From the NCBI GenBank assembly GCA_965235115.1, contig OZ249437.1, positions 22,382,001 to 22,415,000 of the forward strand: a stretch of 33,000 nucleotides of DNA, in the 5' to 3' direction. The notes beneath the pieces are model-generated. The model saw only the letters and a list, made by a program, of their open reading frames with translations. It ran no database searches and had not been told where the DNA came from. A program made the position numbers and the translations under genes. This DNA comes from Laetmonice hystrix (lineage: Eukaryota). Numbering within the stretch: position 1 is the stretch's first letter; every line of letters begins with the position of its first letter. Below are positions 31,429 to 33,000 of the stretch, piece after piece.

Positions 31429-32072
31429 CCTGGAGGACCCCTGGTCTGGCTACTCACGGCCTGGAGGATCCGCGGTCTGACCACTGACTGCCTGGAGGGA
31501 CCCGCGGTCTGACCACTCACTGCCTGGAGGGACCCCTGGTCTGACCACTCACGGCCTGGAGGATCCGCGGTCTGACCACTCACGGCCTGGAGGATCCGCG
31601 GTCTGACCACTGACTGCCTGGAGGGACCCGCGGTCTGACCACTCACTGCCTGGAGGGACCCCTGGTCTGACCACTCACTGCCTGGAGGACCCCCGGTCTG
31701 ACCACTCACTGCCTGGAGGGACCCCTGGTCTGACCACTGACTGCCTGGAGGACCCGCGGTCTGACCAATCACTGCCTGGAGGACCCGCGGTCTGACCACT
31801 GACTGCCTGGAGGGACCCCTGGTCTGACCACTCACTGCCTGGAGGGACCTCCGGCATGACCACTCACTGCCTGGAGGGACCTCCGGCATGACCACTCACT
31901 GCCTGGAGGACCCCGGTCTTACCACTCACTGCCTGGAGGGCCCGCGGTCTGACCACTCACTGCCTGGAGGACCCGCGGTCTGACCACTCACTGCCTGGAG
32001 GACCCGCGGTCTGACCACTCACTGCCTGGAGGACCCCCGGTCTGACCACTCACTGCCTGGAGGGACCTCCGG
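31429..32072. repeat. Minisatellite, 31-32-bp unit, about 20 copies
   Basis: Unit CACTGCCTGGAGG(G)ACCC(GC/CT)GGTCTGACCACT. Confidence 0.96.
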
Positions 32073-33000
32073 CCAGGTGTAAATTCAAATATAGGGGGTA
32101 TGGTGTTACCCCGGCCTGGGATTGACTGACCCCCCCCCCCCACCCCCGCCGCCCTCTAGCGGTGACCCCGACCCCGACATATCCCACCCCGATCCTCCCC
32201 ATACCCTCGTCCCCGCGATCAGGCTCAGTCCTGATTGAATGTGGTCGGATTTGATAAGGTATCACCTCCCAGAGAAACATTGGAACGCTCAAAGGTCAGC
32301 GGGTGCATGTCGTTTATTAATCTCCGATTAAACCGAGCTCTGACTTCAGAGACATTGAGCGGCAAAGATCGGTTATTTTTATGTCTCTGGGACTGATAGG
32401 GTGGAGCCCCTGTCCGTCCTCATCGTCTCCTATCTCTATAGTGATCAGGAATTATCACCTGACCGACCAGAACGCCAGGTGGGCGTTCTCCTTTCATCTC
32501 GATTAAAGGAAAGCTGCAGATATTTACAGAGTAAACTGTCACCGAGAAAACAAAATATTGGCCCGTATTTATTGTAATGGGCTGCCGTGCATGGCACGTA
32601 CGTCACCAGCTAATTCTTACAGCGTCCATGGATTATACTGAACGTCTCGAGTACCGAGCGAACGCTCAGTCTGCCCACACTCGCTCATAGAGGGCGCTCC
32701 AGGCGGCGGGGAAGTCACGTGATGTGGTTAATTTACGTCCAGTCGGAAACTTTTGTCTATCAGATCTTATGGCAGGCAAGGGTCTTGTTCCAGTTCTTTC
32801 TCTAGAGATGACACAGGAGAAACGCGTGCACCGGGACTACTCCTTACTCTTAGCGATAGGGGGTAGGGGTCTTTTACTCTTAGCGATATGGAGTCTTTTA
32901 CGTGCTGGCCGACGTGGCTCCCAATATTTTAATGTCGTGTCTGAATGTAAGACGTTTGTTTTGACGTTGTGTCTGAATATGGGACATTTGTTTTGTGACC

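Noticed and set aside
233-32072. CRISPR array interpretation of the 28-47-bp repeats
   Set aside because: The repeats are head-to-tail with no unique spacers, there are no cas-like ORFs, and the context is eukaryotic.
32805-33000. Frame open to the window end after ttctttctctag, phase-compatible with the 24677 donor
   Set aside because: It spans short local duplications (TACTCTTAGCGATA, TGTCTGAAT) and the peptide is unrecognisable; probably chance.

Overview
Eukaryotic, most likely animal, non-coding genomic DNA; CpG is visibly retained, which is invertebrate-like. No complete protein-coding gene is present. By my hand tally about one third of the window (roughly 10-11 kb) is taken up by about 27 unrelated local tandem arrays with units of 7-137 bp. 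These arrays explain almost all long ORFs in the track. Firm features: (1) an intact tRNA-Pro(AGG) gene on the minus strand (7098-7169) with a Pol III T-run terminator; (2) a plus-strand signal-peptide-type first coding exon (24542-24677, phase-1 GTGAGT donor) at the end of a ~3 kb array-free promoter/5'UTR-like zone; (3) several short non-autonomous DNA transposons, four of them with GGCCC(A/G)GTT-type ends and C-W-G flanks (PIF/Harbinger-like), two of which are inserted inside minisatellites so the empty site can be read in neighbouring units. The most unusual signals are in the arrays themselves. Many units are built on odd-length palindromes with one central base. In one array both recurrent substitutions perfect a quasi-palindrome. 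Two arrays preserve their pre-expansion state next to them. Several arrays multiply transcription-factor-like motifs (CTCF, CRE + E-box, kB-like, AATAAA). All coordinates and counts were read by eye; the functional interpretations are hypotheses.
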